DNA of 62,687 bases, counting the filler. It is 5 parts of 5 records of this genome, joined end to end, with 100 filler letters (N's around TTAATTAATTAA, not from the genome) between each part and the next. Parts side by side here need not be neighbours in the genome. Positions count along the whole stretch, not along the records: positions 19,291 to 44,306 come from DRR378314_1010; positions 44,407 to 50,345 come from DRR378314_1011; positions 50,446 to 56,075 come from DRR378314_1014; 2 more parts are not named here. One strand, given 5' to 3'. Below, piece by piece: positions 40,500-51,174 of the stretch. The position numbers were made by a program, and so were the translations under genes. Below the pieces are notes generated by a model. That model worked only from the letters and a program-made list of their open reading frames with translations, did not search any database and was not told the origin of the DNA. The stretch's first letter is position 1. The number at the start of each line of letters is the position of its first letter.

Positions 40500-41951
40500 T
40501 TATAGACCGCCAACGCAGACGTACTTCAGCTCAGTAAACTCATCCAACCCGTGATGGGAACCTTCACGCCCCAATCCGGACTCTTTCACGCCGCCAAACG
40601 GCGCCAGTTCGGTAGAAATCAACCCTTCATTGACACCAACCATGCCGTATTCCAACTGTTCCATGGTGTGCCAGATACGGCGGTACCCCGTGGCGTAGAA
40701 GTAGGCCGCCAAGCCAAACGGCGTATCGTTGGCCATGGCAATCGCTTCTTCATCACGCTGGAAACGAAACACTGGCGCGACGGGCCCGAAGGTTTCTTCA
40801 TCGGCCACCGCCATCTGGGTGGTTACGTCAGCAAGCACCGTGGGGGTAAAGAAGCGCTCGCCTGCGGCGTGGGGCTTGCCACCGCAGAGCAGTCGCGCTC
40901 CGTGATTTACCGCGTCGTCTACGTGACGCTGCACTTTTTCCACCGCCGCTTGGTTAATCAGCGGGCCGATAGTGCTGCCTTCCGTTAAACCATCGCCGAC
41001 CTTCAGCGCGCTAACACGCTCGGTCAGCTTGCTGACAAACGCGTCGTAAACCCCGTCCTGCACTAGGAAGCGGTTGGTACACACGCAAGTTTGCCCGGCA
41101 TTACGGAATTTTGAGGCAATCGCCCCTTCTACGGCGGCGTCCACATCAGCGTCATCAAAGACGATAAACGGTGCGTTGCCGCCCAGTTCCATAGCGGTTT
41201 TCTTCACCGTGCTCGCGCACTGAGCGAGCAGGTGTTTACCCACAGGGGTCGAGCCAGTAAACGAGACTTTACGCACCCGTGAGTCGGTGGTGAGCACTTC
41301 ACCCACCGCTGCCGGTTTTGAGGCGGTAATCACGTTAATAGTGCCGGCTGGCAGGCCTGCTTCAAGCGCCAAGTAGGCCGTTGCCAACGCGGTTAACGGC
41401 GTCGCTTCGGCGGGCTTAATCACCACGGTGCAGCCTGCGGCCAAGGCCGGGGCACACTTACGGGTAATCATCGCCAGTGGGAAGTTCCACGGCGTAATCG
41501 CTGCCACCACACCGACCGGCTCGCGCAGCACCATGAGGCGCTTGTCCGCGCCGTGACTGGGTAGGGTTTCCCCAGCCATACGCTTGGCTTCTTCAGCGAA
41601 AAACTCAATAAATGAGGCGCCGTAAGTCACTTCGCCCTTGGCTTCTGCTAGCGGCTTGCCCTGCTCCAGGGTCATCAAGCGGGCTAAGTCATCGGCGTGT
41701 TCATTGATCAGCTCAAACCAGCGACGCAGCAATGCCGAGCGCTGTTTCACTGGCGTTGCGCGCCAGGCTGGCCCAGCGGCATACGCTGCGGCCACTGCGT
41801 CGCGGGCGTCATCAGCGCCTAAGTCGGCAACCCGGGCAATCGTCTCGCCGGTTGCGGGGTTATCGACGGCAAAGGTCTGTTGCCCCTTGCGCCACTCGCC
41901 ACCCACCAGGGTGGGTACTGCATCGTGTAACCACTGTTCGATAAAGCTCAT
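40500..41951 (-). CDS. gabD: NAD(P)-dependent succinate-semialdehyde dehydrogenase
   Basis: ITPWNFPLAMITRK, MELGGNAP, FRNAGQTCVC, EETFGP, GREGS. Confidence 0.9.
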   Translation of the reverse strand: MSFIEQWLHDAVPTLVGGEWRKGQQTFAVDNPATGETIARVADLGADDARDAVAAAYAAGPAWRATPVKQRSALLRRWFELINEHADDLARLMTLEQGKPLAEAKGEVTYGASFIEFFAEEAKRMAGETLPSHGADKRLMVLREPVGVVAAITPWNFPLAMITRKCAPALAAGCTVVIKPAEATPLTALATAYLALEAGLPAGTINVITASKPAAVGEVLTTDSRVRKVSFTGSTPVGKHLLAQCASTVKKTAMELGGNAPFIVFDDADVDAAVEGAIASKFRNAGQTCVCTNRFLVQDGVYDAFVSKLTERVSALKVGDGLTEGSTIGPLINQAAVEKVQRHVDDAVNHGARLLCGGKPHAAGERFFTPTVLADVTTQMAVADEETFGPVAPVFRFQRDEEAIAMANDTPFGLAAYFYATGYRRIWHTMEQLEYGMVGVNEGLISTELAPFGGVKESGLGREGSHHGLDEFTELKYVCVGGL

Positions 41952-42091
41952 GATCTTCTCCTGATCTGCAACATGGTATGCACGCTAGCAGTAATGCGCT
42001 GGTGAACGAATGCACCACTTTCGCGTTCAACCAGACCACTTTTCTGTTTTACTATCTAAACGGGAAGCATCATGACAATAAGAGGATGTGA

Positions 42092-43510
42092 ATGGACCGC
42101 CAGGACGTGTTACAGCAGCTTGTAAAACACTATGCCCAGCAACCTGAGCGTTTAAGCAAACAAGTACGACTGGAGCAGGCATTGAGGCAGGCGGTTACTA
42201 AGGCGTGGCCAAACCAAACTCGATTGCCGTCGCACCGTCAGTTGGCATTAACGTTGGGCGTTGCGCGACACACACTGTCCCGTGCCATAGCCTCGCTCAT
42301 TGAAGAAGGCCTACTAACGACGTTTCATGGCAAGGGCACTTGGAGTTGTAAGAAGGAAACTTCTGTCGCGACCACATCAACCAGCGTTCAACTTTCAAAA
42401 CGCGCTCAACAAGTGTTGCGTTGGCCTGGCGCCAGCACCGTTCAAAGCGGTGCCTTTGTGCCTGGCATACCGGATATCGCTCAGTTTCCAATGCGCAAGT
42501 GGCGTCAGCTGTATGCCAGTGTCACCGTGCCGCAAAATGCCTTACTGCTTTCTTACTCTACCGGTGGCTATGGGCCGCTTAAGCGTGCAATCCGGGAGTT
42601 TCTGGCGCGCTGGCGCAATATTCATTGTGATATTGAGCAGATCATCATCACCGATGGTACCCATAACGGTATTGAGCTATGCGCCATGGCATTAGCCGAT
42701 GTGGGCGATACCGTGGCGATGGAGTCGCCCTGTTATTGGGGGGCACGCAATGTATTCACTGCAACAGGGCTTTCGATTGAGATGCTGCCTTGGTTTTCCG
42801 ATAGTGGGCATGTGTTACCGCAGACGACCGGTAATATTGCGCTCGCGTATTTGACCGGCTCTCATCACTACCCGCTCAGCGTACCCACACGCGCTGTCCA
42901 TAAGCAGCAGTTTTGCGATGCGTTATCGCCCACCTACATCGTTGAAGACGATTACGAATTCACCCGCGACGATCACACTAACCTGCTGTTTGATCCCAAC
43001 TCGGAACGCCATTTACTGGTAGGCTCATTCTCTAAAATGATGTTTCCCGGCCTGCGGCTTGGTTATTTGGTGGTGCCACGCCATTTGGCAGGTCCAATGA
43101 ACCGCCTACGCAGCGAGTTGTTTCGCGAAGGCCGTATGCTTGATCAAGCGGTATTAGCGCAGTTTATTTTTGATGGTGACTTAGACGCCTGGTGTCGCCG
43201 CATCCAGCGCGACTATCTAGGCCGTCAGCAGGTGCTGCACGACCAGCTTAGCTCACTACCCAAAGTACGCAATGTGTCCCCCCCGACTAGCGCGATTAGC
43301 TTGTGCGTTGAGTTTGAGCCTGGGGTTAATGATGTAGCACTTGCCCAAGCACTGCTCAAAGAACACTTAATTGTTCGCCCGCTAAGCCCCGTGTGCGCTG
43401 ACAAGGACTCACGGACAGGATTGGTAATGGGCGTAGGCATGTTATCGGGCGAGACATTAGTGCGTGAAGCCCAACGGCTGCGGCGCTGTTTAGAGTTACT
43501 ACTTCGCTAG
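42092..43510 (+). CDS. MocR-family regulator divergent from gabDT (GabR-like)
   Basis: RLPSHR.LA..LGVAR, VEDDY, GSFSKMMFPGLRLGY. Confidence 0.88.
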   Translation: MDRQDVLQQLVKHYAQQPERLSKQVRLEQALRQAVTKAWPNQTRLPSHRQLALTLGVARHTLSRAIASLIEEGLLTTFHGKGTWSCKKETSVATTSTSVQLSKRAQQVLRWPGASTVQSGAFVPGIPDIAQFPMRKWRQLYASVTVPQNALLLSYSTGGYGPLKRAIREFLARWRNIHCDIEQIIITDGTHNGIELCAMALADVGDTVAMESPCYWGARNVFTATGLSIEMLPWFSDSGHVLPQTTGNIALAYLTGSHHYPLSVPTRAVHKQQFCDALSPTYIVEDDYEFTRDDHTNLLFDPNSERHLLVGSFSKMMFPGLRLGYLVVPRHLAGPMNRLRSELFREGRMLDQAVLAQFIFDGDLDAWCRRIQRDYLGRQQVLHDQLSSLPKVRNVSPPTSAISLCVEFEPGVNDVALAQALLKEHLIVRPLSPVCADKDSRTGLVMGVGMLSGETLVREAQRLRRCLELLLR

Positions 43511-43585
43511 GCGAGGTAGGCTTAGACCGTGTTGAGCATCACACTGTATGCCTAGTTAAAAAAACTTATTCACAAGGATTTTGCC

Positions 43586-44251
43586 ATGCGCCACCCTGTT
43601 GATAATTCGGTGCTTCTCTCAACGCTTCGCCTATTGATGGTGCTGTGCGCCGTGCTGGCAGTTTCAGGCTGCGCAATTTTTGCACCTAGCCCGCCGGAAG
43701 ATCAGAGCAATATCTGTGAAATCTTTCGTGAGCAGCCAAGCTGGTATGACTATGCCCAGGAATCCGAAGAGAAATGGGGCACACCGATTGCCACGCAGAT
43801 GTCATTTATTCAGCAGGAATCTTCATTTCGCAGCCATGTGCGCCCAGACCGCAAGTATTACCTAGGCTTTATTCCCGGCCCACGCCCCTCCTCCGCCAAA
43901 GGCTATGCCCAAGCCCAAGATCCCGTTTGGGAGGAGTATGAGGATCAAGCGGGCAGCCTGTTTGCCCGCCGAACCCATATGAAGCACGCTACAGATTTTA
44001 TTGGCTGGTATAACCGCCGCTCACAGCAGCAGGCAGGTATCTCGCTGAGTAACCCTGAACACCTTTACTACGCTTACCATGAAGGCGCAGGTGGCTATCA
44101 GCGAGGCTCCTATCGCAGCAAACCCCACGTGCTGCGTGCAGGCAGCCAAGTGGCTGCCCGCGCTAACCGTTATCAAGCGCAGCTCAACGCTTGCGAAGCA
44201 GAGTTTAAGTGCCGCAAGTTTTATCAGGTCTGGCCGTTTTGTCGTAGTTAA
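43586..44251 (+). CDS. Lipoprotein with lytic transglycosylase (SLT-like) domain
   Basis: Lipobox VSGC, QESSF, SSAKGYAQA, AYHEG. Confidence 0.8.
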   Translation: MRHPVDNSVLLSTLRLLMVLCAVLAVSGCAIFAPSPPEDQSNICEIFREQPSWYDYAQESEEKWGTPIATQMSFIQQESSFRSHVRPDRKYYLGFIPGPRPSSAKGYAQAQDPVWEEYEDQAGSLFARRTHMKHATDFIGWYNRRSQQQAGISLSNPEHLYYAYHEGAGGYQRGSYRSKPHVLRAGSQVAARANRYQAQLNACEAEFKCRKFYQVWPFCRS

Positions 44252-44306
44252 GGGCCCCACCCATGTCTCTAATGAGTGGCTTGGCCTTAATTAGTGTCGT
44301 GTTTTT

Positions 44307-44406
44307 NNNNNNNNNNNNNNNNNNNNNNNNNNNNNNNNNNNNNNNNNNNNTTAATTAATTAANNNNNNNNNNNNNNNNNNNNNNNNNNNNNNNNNNNNNN
44401 NNNNNN
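44307..44406. other. Artificial contig spacer; boundary between bacterial and eukaryotic sequence
   Basis: Same 100-nt spacer; gene architecture changes across it. Confidence 0.98.
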
Positions 44407-45906
44407 GGCCGAACCTCTAATACTCGCTCCGAAAGTGGAAATGCAGCTGCGTCCGCGTCGGTGTCGCACAACTCATCGGTGCACGTGCAAAAAGCCACCG
44501 AGGCAACGGCAGCCATGTTCGACGCGGTTGCGAAGAGCTTACGCGCTGACCATGAGTGTAAGTCCAGCGTTTTTGAGACTCCCGCGCGCATGGATTATGA
44601 GAAACACGAGCATGTTGGATACACTGAATGCTCATGGGCACTGGCGCCTGACTGCTGGAAGCATGCACGACTGTAGAGGTGCACGGGCGTCGGGTAGCCT
44701 GCACGTGCTGCTCCTGTGGGACAGCGCAGCCTGTTCAAGTACACGTGCGTGTTTATCTCTGGTGGCTCTATTCTCTGCTTCGCAGCGGCAAGTCTTGATG
44801 CAGCTCATATGCATATATAGTCATCGAGTTTCCATGCTGATAATGTAGATCCAGTTCAAGGAAAATGCACCAATTCGAGCAGAGCTTTGGCATGGTGTTC
44901 GCCTGTGCCTTTTGCTCTTCAGGCGAAGGTAGGGCGCGACTATCAGGTCAACAAAGCGCGCGAGGGGCTGCCGTGACGACGTAACATTGTATGGCTCGGC
45001 GATCGCTCGCCTCAATATATAATGAAACGCATGTTCTGAAACAACACCCTATACGTGTCGTGTATGAACTATGTAACTGCGCAGATGCTCTGTCGGATTT
45101 CGATCTGTTGCGAAAGTTGAATGAGGCGTCTGCGGCTGAGTACAGGGAAGCGGCACAGAAAGCTCGCGAGGCTTCTGCTCGTCTTGCGGCGCTGAAAGAA
45201 AAATGTACGTTTTGTCGCCAAAGTCGAGTCGAAGCGCGTGGAAACAGAAGTTCTGTATGCACATTGCTCTTTGTGACTCTATTGCGTATGTCTGTTGCAC
45301 CGCTGTCCCGCTTCTCTGGCCTCACGCCGAGAGCCCAGTAGACAGCGAGGCGAAACCGGGCCGTGGTCCTTGTAAAGCCAACGCCTTGCGCCATCGTCTC
45401 TTTTGTGACCCGCGCTTTTCTTCCTCTGTTGCGACTGTGCATGCCGTCACGATAGGTGATGCGTTTCGCCCGACTTTTGAAGTTGTCGGTTCTATGGACG
45501 AGAAGCTGACAGAGCTGGAGCATCTTGTTATGTATTTAGACGACTACACAAAGCAACTAGGTACGCGGTGGCGCTGCACTGCTGTGGTTCGCTCCTTTCC
45601 ACGGGCGAGGTGGCCGGCACGCGACGGCTCCTCTTTTCTGCACATTCTCCGCTTTTACTTGCCGGTAGAGTGGCACACTTGAGGAGGAGAAACGGTAGAT
45701 GTATGTGTGTTGCGCATACATTGGAACAATCTCTTTGTGCGGAGCGCATGTGCTGTTCTACGTCGTTGAAGTATCGCCTCGTTCCTGACGTCGAACTGGC
45801 GGCCGCCTGGTCCGCGCGTACTCCGGTCGCTCGGTTTTTCCGCTGCTGTACAGAGAGCTCGTTTCGGAAGTCACTCGATGCAGCATCAGCGTCATCTTCG
45901 TCGTAG
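44407..45906 (+). CDS. BLOC1S2: Eukaryotic BLOC-1 subunit 2 (spliced, 5'-partial); exons <44407-44557, 45085-45204, 45456-45560, 45854-45906
   Basis: Three phase-1 GT-AG introns join to ..MFDAVAKSLRADHEYALSDFDLLRKLNEASAAEYREAAQKAREASARLAALKEKCDAFRPTFEVVGSMDEKLTELEHLVMYLDDYTKQLESSFRK.., matching the BLOS2 pattern MF..D[YF].LL...N and LE.....LD.Y.K.LE (recognised from memory). Confidence 0.8.
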
Positions 45907-46682
45907 TGAGTGCGCGCTTCTTGGACGTGGGCGTGGACGCTACGTTCCGTGACGTGCTATCCACACCACAAACTCTGTATCATGTAGACTGTATTCGTAA
46001 AAGGCTTTCCTACCGTCTGTGCAATGAATACATACTTGCTTGCCGCGGTGTTCGCGGTTGCGCCGCAAGGAACATGGTCTGCGTCTTCTCGTCCGCCCCC
46101 TTGTACGGATGAGGAGTTCCGCTTCAAAGCGTGCGCGAATGAGCAAGCAGGATGCGGCATTGGCGCTTGGTTCCATTTCGATGCGATCGTTTGAGAGTAC
46201 TGTCGTTGTTCTGCGCGTGCTTCAGTGCGATTGTGCGCCACCTCCGTGCAACTCAAGCTCACCTGGACCGCAGTGTGTGGCGCACCGGTGCAAGAACGCG
46301 AGTTTGCGAGCTGGCGCGCACGAATTCGCCCCCCCCCTGCGCTTTCTCGCGCATCCCTACGCACAGCTTCACTCCCGCGCCTTTTCATCGCTCGGCCGTA
46401 GCTTTGTCGGAGTTTCCCGCACGGTATCACGGTTTCGCGTGTACTCGTCTCGGTGGCCGAGGGGCGTGCTTCTGTATGGCGCTTCACCACAGTGGAGGTG
46501 CGTGTCGGCGATGGCTCGCCGAGACTCACGCGCGCGACTCTCTCTCTCAATGCTTGTATTACTGCCTTGCCGAACGAAGTACGTCCTCCAAATATATCCA
46601 AATAAGTAACATAGCATCCATAATTTGTCATTCAGCCATTGAATGCAATGACGTGAAGGGTAATAGAGCTCCCTGGTCACCT

Positions 46683-48111
46683 TTACTTGGAAAGCTGTGA
46701 GAGAAACTGCTGCCGGCGCGTTGCATCACCGCGAAACGTCCCTCGGTATGCAAACGTCGTTGTCGTCGCCGAGGTAGCACGGGCACCACGCATACGCATA
46801 CACATGTGTCTGCAAGGAGGAAAGAGGCGGGCGCACGATGCGGAAGCGAAGGACGTGGACCGAGAGGCTTGAGCGAAAGATCCAAAAGCGAACGAACAAG
46901 CGGCAACGGAGTACTTTGGACTCAATGCTCAGTGCTCTATTTCACCGAACAGGAAGCACATTCGACTGGCTGCATGCATAGCCACACTACTATTCTGCAG
47001 GAGTGCAAGCAGCGGGACGTGCAGACGGTCCGCGTACGCGCGCCAAGGCGTTAACAAATCACCCGTCTCTGCTCCAAGCTCTGGTTTCTGCACGTACGTT
47101 CCGCGAATGCGCACAGCGACACCCTGCGCATCGGTGATCTCCTGAATTACCGACGCGATTTCCTCAGAAAGTCGTTCTTGCACCTGAATTGCGCAATGAA
47201 ATACGTAGCATGCGTTGTGGATGCGACGCGTGAGCTGCAGTGCGCGGGAGTGAAGAAAGCGGAAAAAAGAACCCCACACTGCTCGCGTTGACCATTCTCT
47301 CTATTGTGCACACGATTTAGGCAACTGTATGAAGTGTACTGCAAAGCAGTGAGGAGAAAGGAGCACCACATACTTTTCGCTTCTCGCGCGACCCTTGGAG
47401 TGTTTCGCGCGCTCCATTTGATTAGCACTGCGTGTTTTTGTGACGAGACACACCTGAAGTTTACGCGCCACGATATCAACAATGCGAGAGACTTTGCTCA
47501 GGCCAATGATGTATTTGTTGGGCTCGTACGCGATGTCGACGGTTCCAAAGAAGGGGAGGATGTGGTGCTCGCAGAGCGAGAAGTACTCATTGTCCGCCAC
47601 GAGGACCATGTCGGTGTACGATTCTGCGTCGAAAAGCGCGGTCTTGCCCAGAGCTTCATCGAACGATCAGACGGCACCGGTGTACCCAGTAGACCAGGAG
47701 AGATACATACGCTCGATTAGAGGATATATGGGACGGCGGAGTGACGCAGGTGTCGTCGGCACGCGTACGCGAGCACAGCGAGAGCGGCGAATACAGCGGA
47801 GAGAAGGCGTGTGCCTGTGCGCGACTGCTCGTTCGAGTGCGAAAGCGATTCTCCGGAACGCTTGCGCTGCGGCGAGCGGATGTTTCTCAGTGGAACATAC
47901 ACTTTTGCTTCTCGTTATGTGTGTGTGCGCGCGCGCGCGCGTACCTACTGGATCGGCATCGTAGCCTCGCGTGCACTCCAGCAGAGCGTTGGCGAATCGT
48001 TCGGGAGTCTTGCGCAGTCCTTCACGCTCTGTGTTCTCGCCGATCGCGTGGAGAACTTGCCGCATCGACGTAGCGACAGACGAAACGGCAACTTTCTCCC
48101 CATTGGACAAC
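46683..48111 (-). CDS. GCH1: Eukaryotic GTP cyclohydrolase I (spliced); exons 48111-47945, 47653-47454, 47183-47098, 46809-46683; first exon unresolved
   Basis: Phase-compatible joins give [46 protein letters not shown] and HMCMRMRG; Zn ligands intact. Confidence 0.92.
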
Positions 48112-49950
48112 CTGCAGCGATGAAAGAGAATAGTCGAAATTTATAAGATAGAATGCATCGCGATGAGGTTCTCCAGGCGCTGAGGAATCGCGTTTTCACT
48201 CGAGCGCAGCGCTGCCTTCACACACTGCGTTCACCCTCTGTACTGCGGCTCACAGGCGAGGACGGGCGATCGCAGCGGGCTACGCTCATGTCAGACACCC
48301 CACGACGCTGACACGCCACACTTCCCCCCGTTTCTACTCAATATTCATGGATGTAACCATGATGATTATTACGCATGATGGGATTGTGGTGTGCACATGG
48401 GTGTGGCGGGAGAGAAGCGGGCGGTACGACACGCGTGAGAGCGCGCGCACTTCACACGTGCACGTGCGCTGACGTGGTGCGCCGCAACCCTTCGCTGCAC
48501 GACAAGCCACACTGGGCGCGGGCGGAAGAGAGTAATCGAAGCAGCCCAGCGCGGCAACCACGTGCGTTTCGCGCGAATTTGGAAGATATATATAAGGAAT
48601 AGTAATGAACCTCCTTCCCAAACTACGCTGGAGGGAGCAGTGGGGACCCGACGGATGTGGCACGTCGCACGCGTGCCCGCCGGGCGCAGAAGCGCAGCTC
48701 GACACCGCGCTTGAGCGCGCGATTCCCGTGCGGAACGTACTCTTCGCTGCAACGCGCACTACCGCTGTGATCAGAATCATCCATTGCACGCATATGGTTT
48801 ATTTTGGGTGACAAATGAGCAAATTCAGCAGGGTTAGGTACTGCACAGTACGACGTGAGCAGTGTCCGCGGGAGGTGCGCGCACGTGGGGCAGCACGCTC
48901 AGGGCACGTAGGGCCTCCCTGGAGCGACGCTTGTCCCCAATACCGGGATATTCCCGGGTCGGACAGTACGCCTCGTACAAAACAAGCAAACTTTTGCTCA
49001 TTTCTGCGAAATGCGATTTCGAGAAATCCGGAAGTGGTCACCAAAAGGACCTTGTGGTGGTGTCTAAGAAATCAGTTGCTTTGGCTCGCTGCACAGCGTA
49101 GAGGTTCCTTTCCGCCCCAAATGACCCAGAAACTGATGCGAATTTTGCTTGCGAATCGCTGCTCCACAAAGTGTCTTTGCACAGAAATTACAGTGGATGA
49201 CTCCGAGGTGTCGGTGGAACAGGTATCGCGCGAGTTGCAAACTTCACCATTTGCCGCAAATCTCGATTCCCAAACTACAAACTTCGGCAAAGGTCTGGGC
49301 TGCGTCTGAATCTGCATGAATGCGATTTTGTTTTGGGCTTGTGTGTTTGCTGGCCAAGGAGCGCGGCGCTTGCGTTCCGCTGCCGCGAGCTCCCGATCGC
49401 GACCGAGTTACCGAGAATGGTGCTCTGTCGCGGGGTTGAAGAAAGAATACACTCGAACGATCGAAGTTTACAGCGACACCCGCATGCCGGAGCACGTGTG
49501 CCGCGGTGTTGGGCAGGTTTGCGTAGCGCTCCCAGACGGTCGACTGCTGCTACAATTGCGCGTCATTTTATTGACCTCCCTCTTGCCCGAGGGTTCTAGC
49601 AGTCGTACATTTTTGATCGATTCCGTAGTTGGCGTACAGTATTGGCGTTGGAATCGCCGTGAAATCCGCGATTTGCCGCTTAAGCATTCGGCTCTGCATC
49701 TCTGGTGATTTTCTTCGCAGTTTCGTGAGCACAGACCCTCTAGCAGCCCTCTCACCGACCTCGAGCCGTGCTCAATCGACAGCGCTCGTTGGTATCGATA
49801 TTGCGCACAGCCGAATAGGTACGGTGTAGAGCAGGTTGTAATGGCCACGGGGTGCGCAGATTCGTCCATGATTCTGGGATGTTCTACGGCGAGCAGCGCG
49901 CGCGGGGGGTTACACAGCGCAGCGCAGGCGCGCGCGTGGGCAGCGCATTC

Positions 49951-49974
49951 CCGCCGCCGCCGCCGCCGCCGCCG
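49951..49974. repeat. (CCG)8 microsatellite
   Basis: Read directly. Confidence 0.9.
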
Positions 49975-50143
49975 CCCCAATACACACATTTATACACCCG
50001 CGCTGCACAGACTGCCAGCACCGTACCTCCCGTGGAACCCTGCGGCCCCACACCGCTTCCGCGGCACGCCCAACACGCATGTGGCGAGCGAGTTAAACGG
50101 TACTGGAGGGTGTATGCTGTTTTGCGGGCGTGTGGAGCGCAGG

Positions 50144-50291
50144 ATGGCGAGAGTGCGCTCGCGGTTGCTCGCTGTGGCGGCGCTCGCGCTGGTGCTCGCG
50201 GCGCTCGGCGCAACGGGACGTACAGAGACCCTTACGGAACAATGGTACGATGAGCATGTGCCTAGCAACCCAATCGAAATTGAGCACAAAT
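50144..50291 (+). CDS. Probable first exon of a signal-peptide protein (rest beyond the contig end)
   Basis: MARVRSRLLAVAALALVLAALGATG.. followed by a GTATAT donor at 50292. Confidence 0.5.
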
Positions 50292-50345
50292 GTATATACA
50301 TCCTTCTTCATTACATTTGTGCTTGTTCTGAACGGTGTAGTGCGC

Positions 50346-50445
50346 NNNNNNNNNNNNNNNNNNNNNNNNNNNNNNNNNNNNNNNNNNNNTTAATTAATTA
50401 ANNNNNNNNNNNNNNNNNNNNNNNNNNNNNNNNNNNNNNNNNNNN
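50346..50445. other. Artificial contig spacer
   Basis: Same 100-nt spacer. Confidence 0.98.
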
Positions 50446-50472
50446 TGCTGCTGCTGCTGCTGTTGTTGTTGT
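50446..50472. repeat. (TGC)5(TGT)4 microsatellite at the contig edge
   Basis: Read directly. Confidence 0.85.
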
Positions 50473-51174
50473 TTCCTCTTTCCTTCTCCGTTGTGTAACC
50501 CGTTTTACGCGTGCGTCTGCTTTTCCTTCGTTGCGCTCCCTCGAAGCGCCTGGCGGGCTGTCTCTTGACGCGATTCAGCAACAGCTGGCGAAGCTCAAAG
50601 CCGTGCGAAACGCAATCCAGTGAAGACGCTATGAGCGCACACTCCCGCGGCGACCGGCAACTGCCAAACGCTTGCAGACTCTCATGGGGCACAGGCGCAA
50701 ATCCCTAGTTTTATTTATTAATTCTTGGTCTTTTGTCGATTGAAACTTCAAGGCCATTTGCGATGCACAGATATCAGTGCTCCGCTGCATGCATTTGTTG
50801 CCGTGCACGGCGCTGGCAACGCTTTGAATACACCGCGCGAAATTGCGCGCCCTACACCGTGATATCGGGAAAGACGACATCCAGTCTGCGCCCAAGCTCA
50901 CACGTTCCAACAGCGGCAAGCGCCTCGCGAATGCGACGAATGCTCTGCATTGGCACGTACAGCGGCAGAACCCACCAATAACAGAGCGATGTGTGAACGC
51001 AAGGACGCGCGCAAGAGAGCCCGCGGACAACTACCCTCCCGGAACCCCCGCGTAGCCGCAGAGATATGAGCCGTGCCCGACGCAGCACGCGAAAACCGCT
51101 TTCTGCGCACATGCCTTCCAGCAGCCCGCATGACTAGCGACTCGGACCAGTTGCACATCAGTACACGCGTGTGC

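Noticed and set aside
44288..44306. Possible IS end (TAGTGTCGTG..) at the end of contig 2
   Set aside because: Only about 15 nt are available, which is not diagnostic.
44920..44935. 6-nt micro-exon GCGAAG within BLOC1S2 intron 1
   Set aside because: It has AG/GT flanks, but the protein keeps family spacing without it; unsupported without RNA data.
46683..48110. Frameshifted bacterial folE pseudogene
   Set aside because: The fragments are bounded by phase-compatible GT-AG introns and splice to an intact enzyme.
44251..48111. Bacterium-to-eukaryote gene transfer or an integrated eukaryotic island
   Set aside because: The only junction is an artificial spacer; there is no evidence of physical linkage.
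50144..50291. Assignment of the signal-peptide exon to EMC10
   Set aside because: It rests only on a short IEH motif; too little sequence to name.
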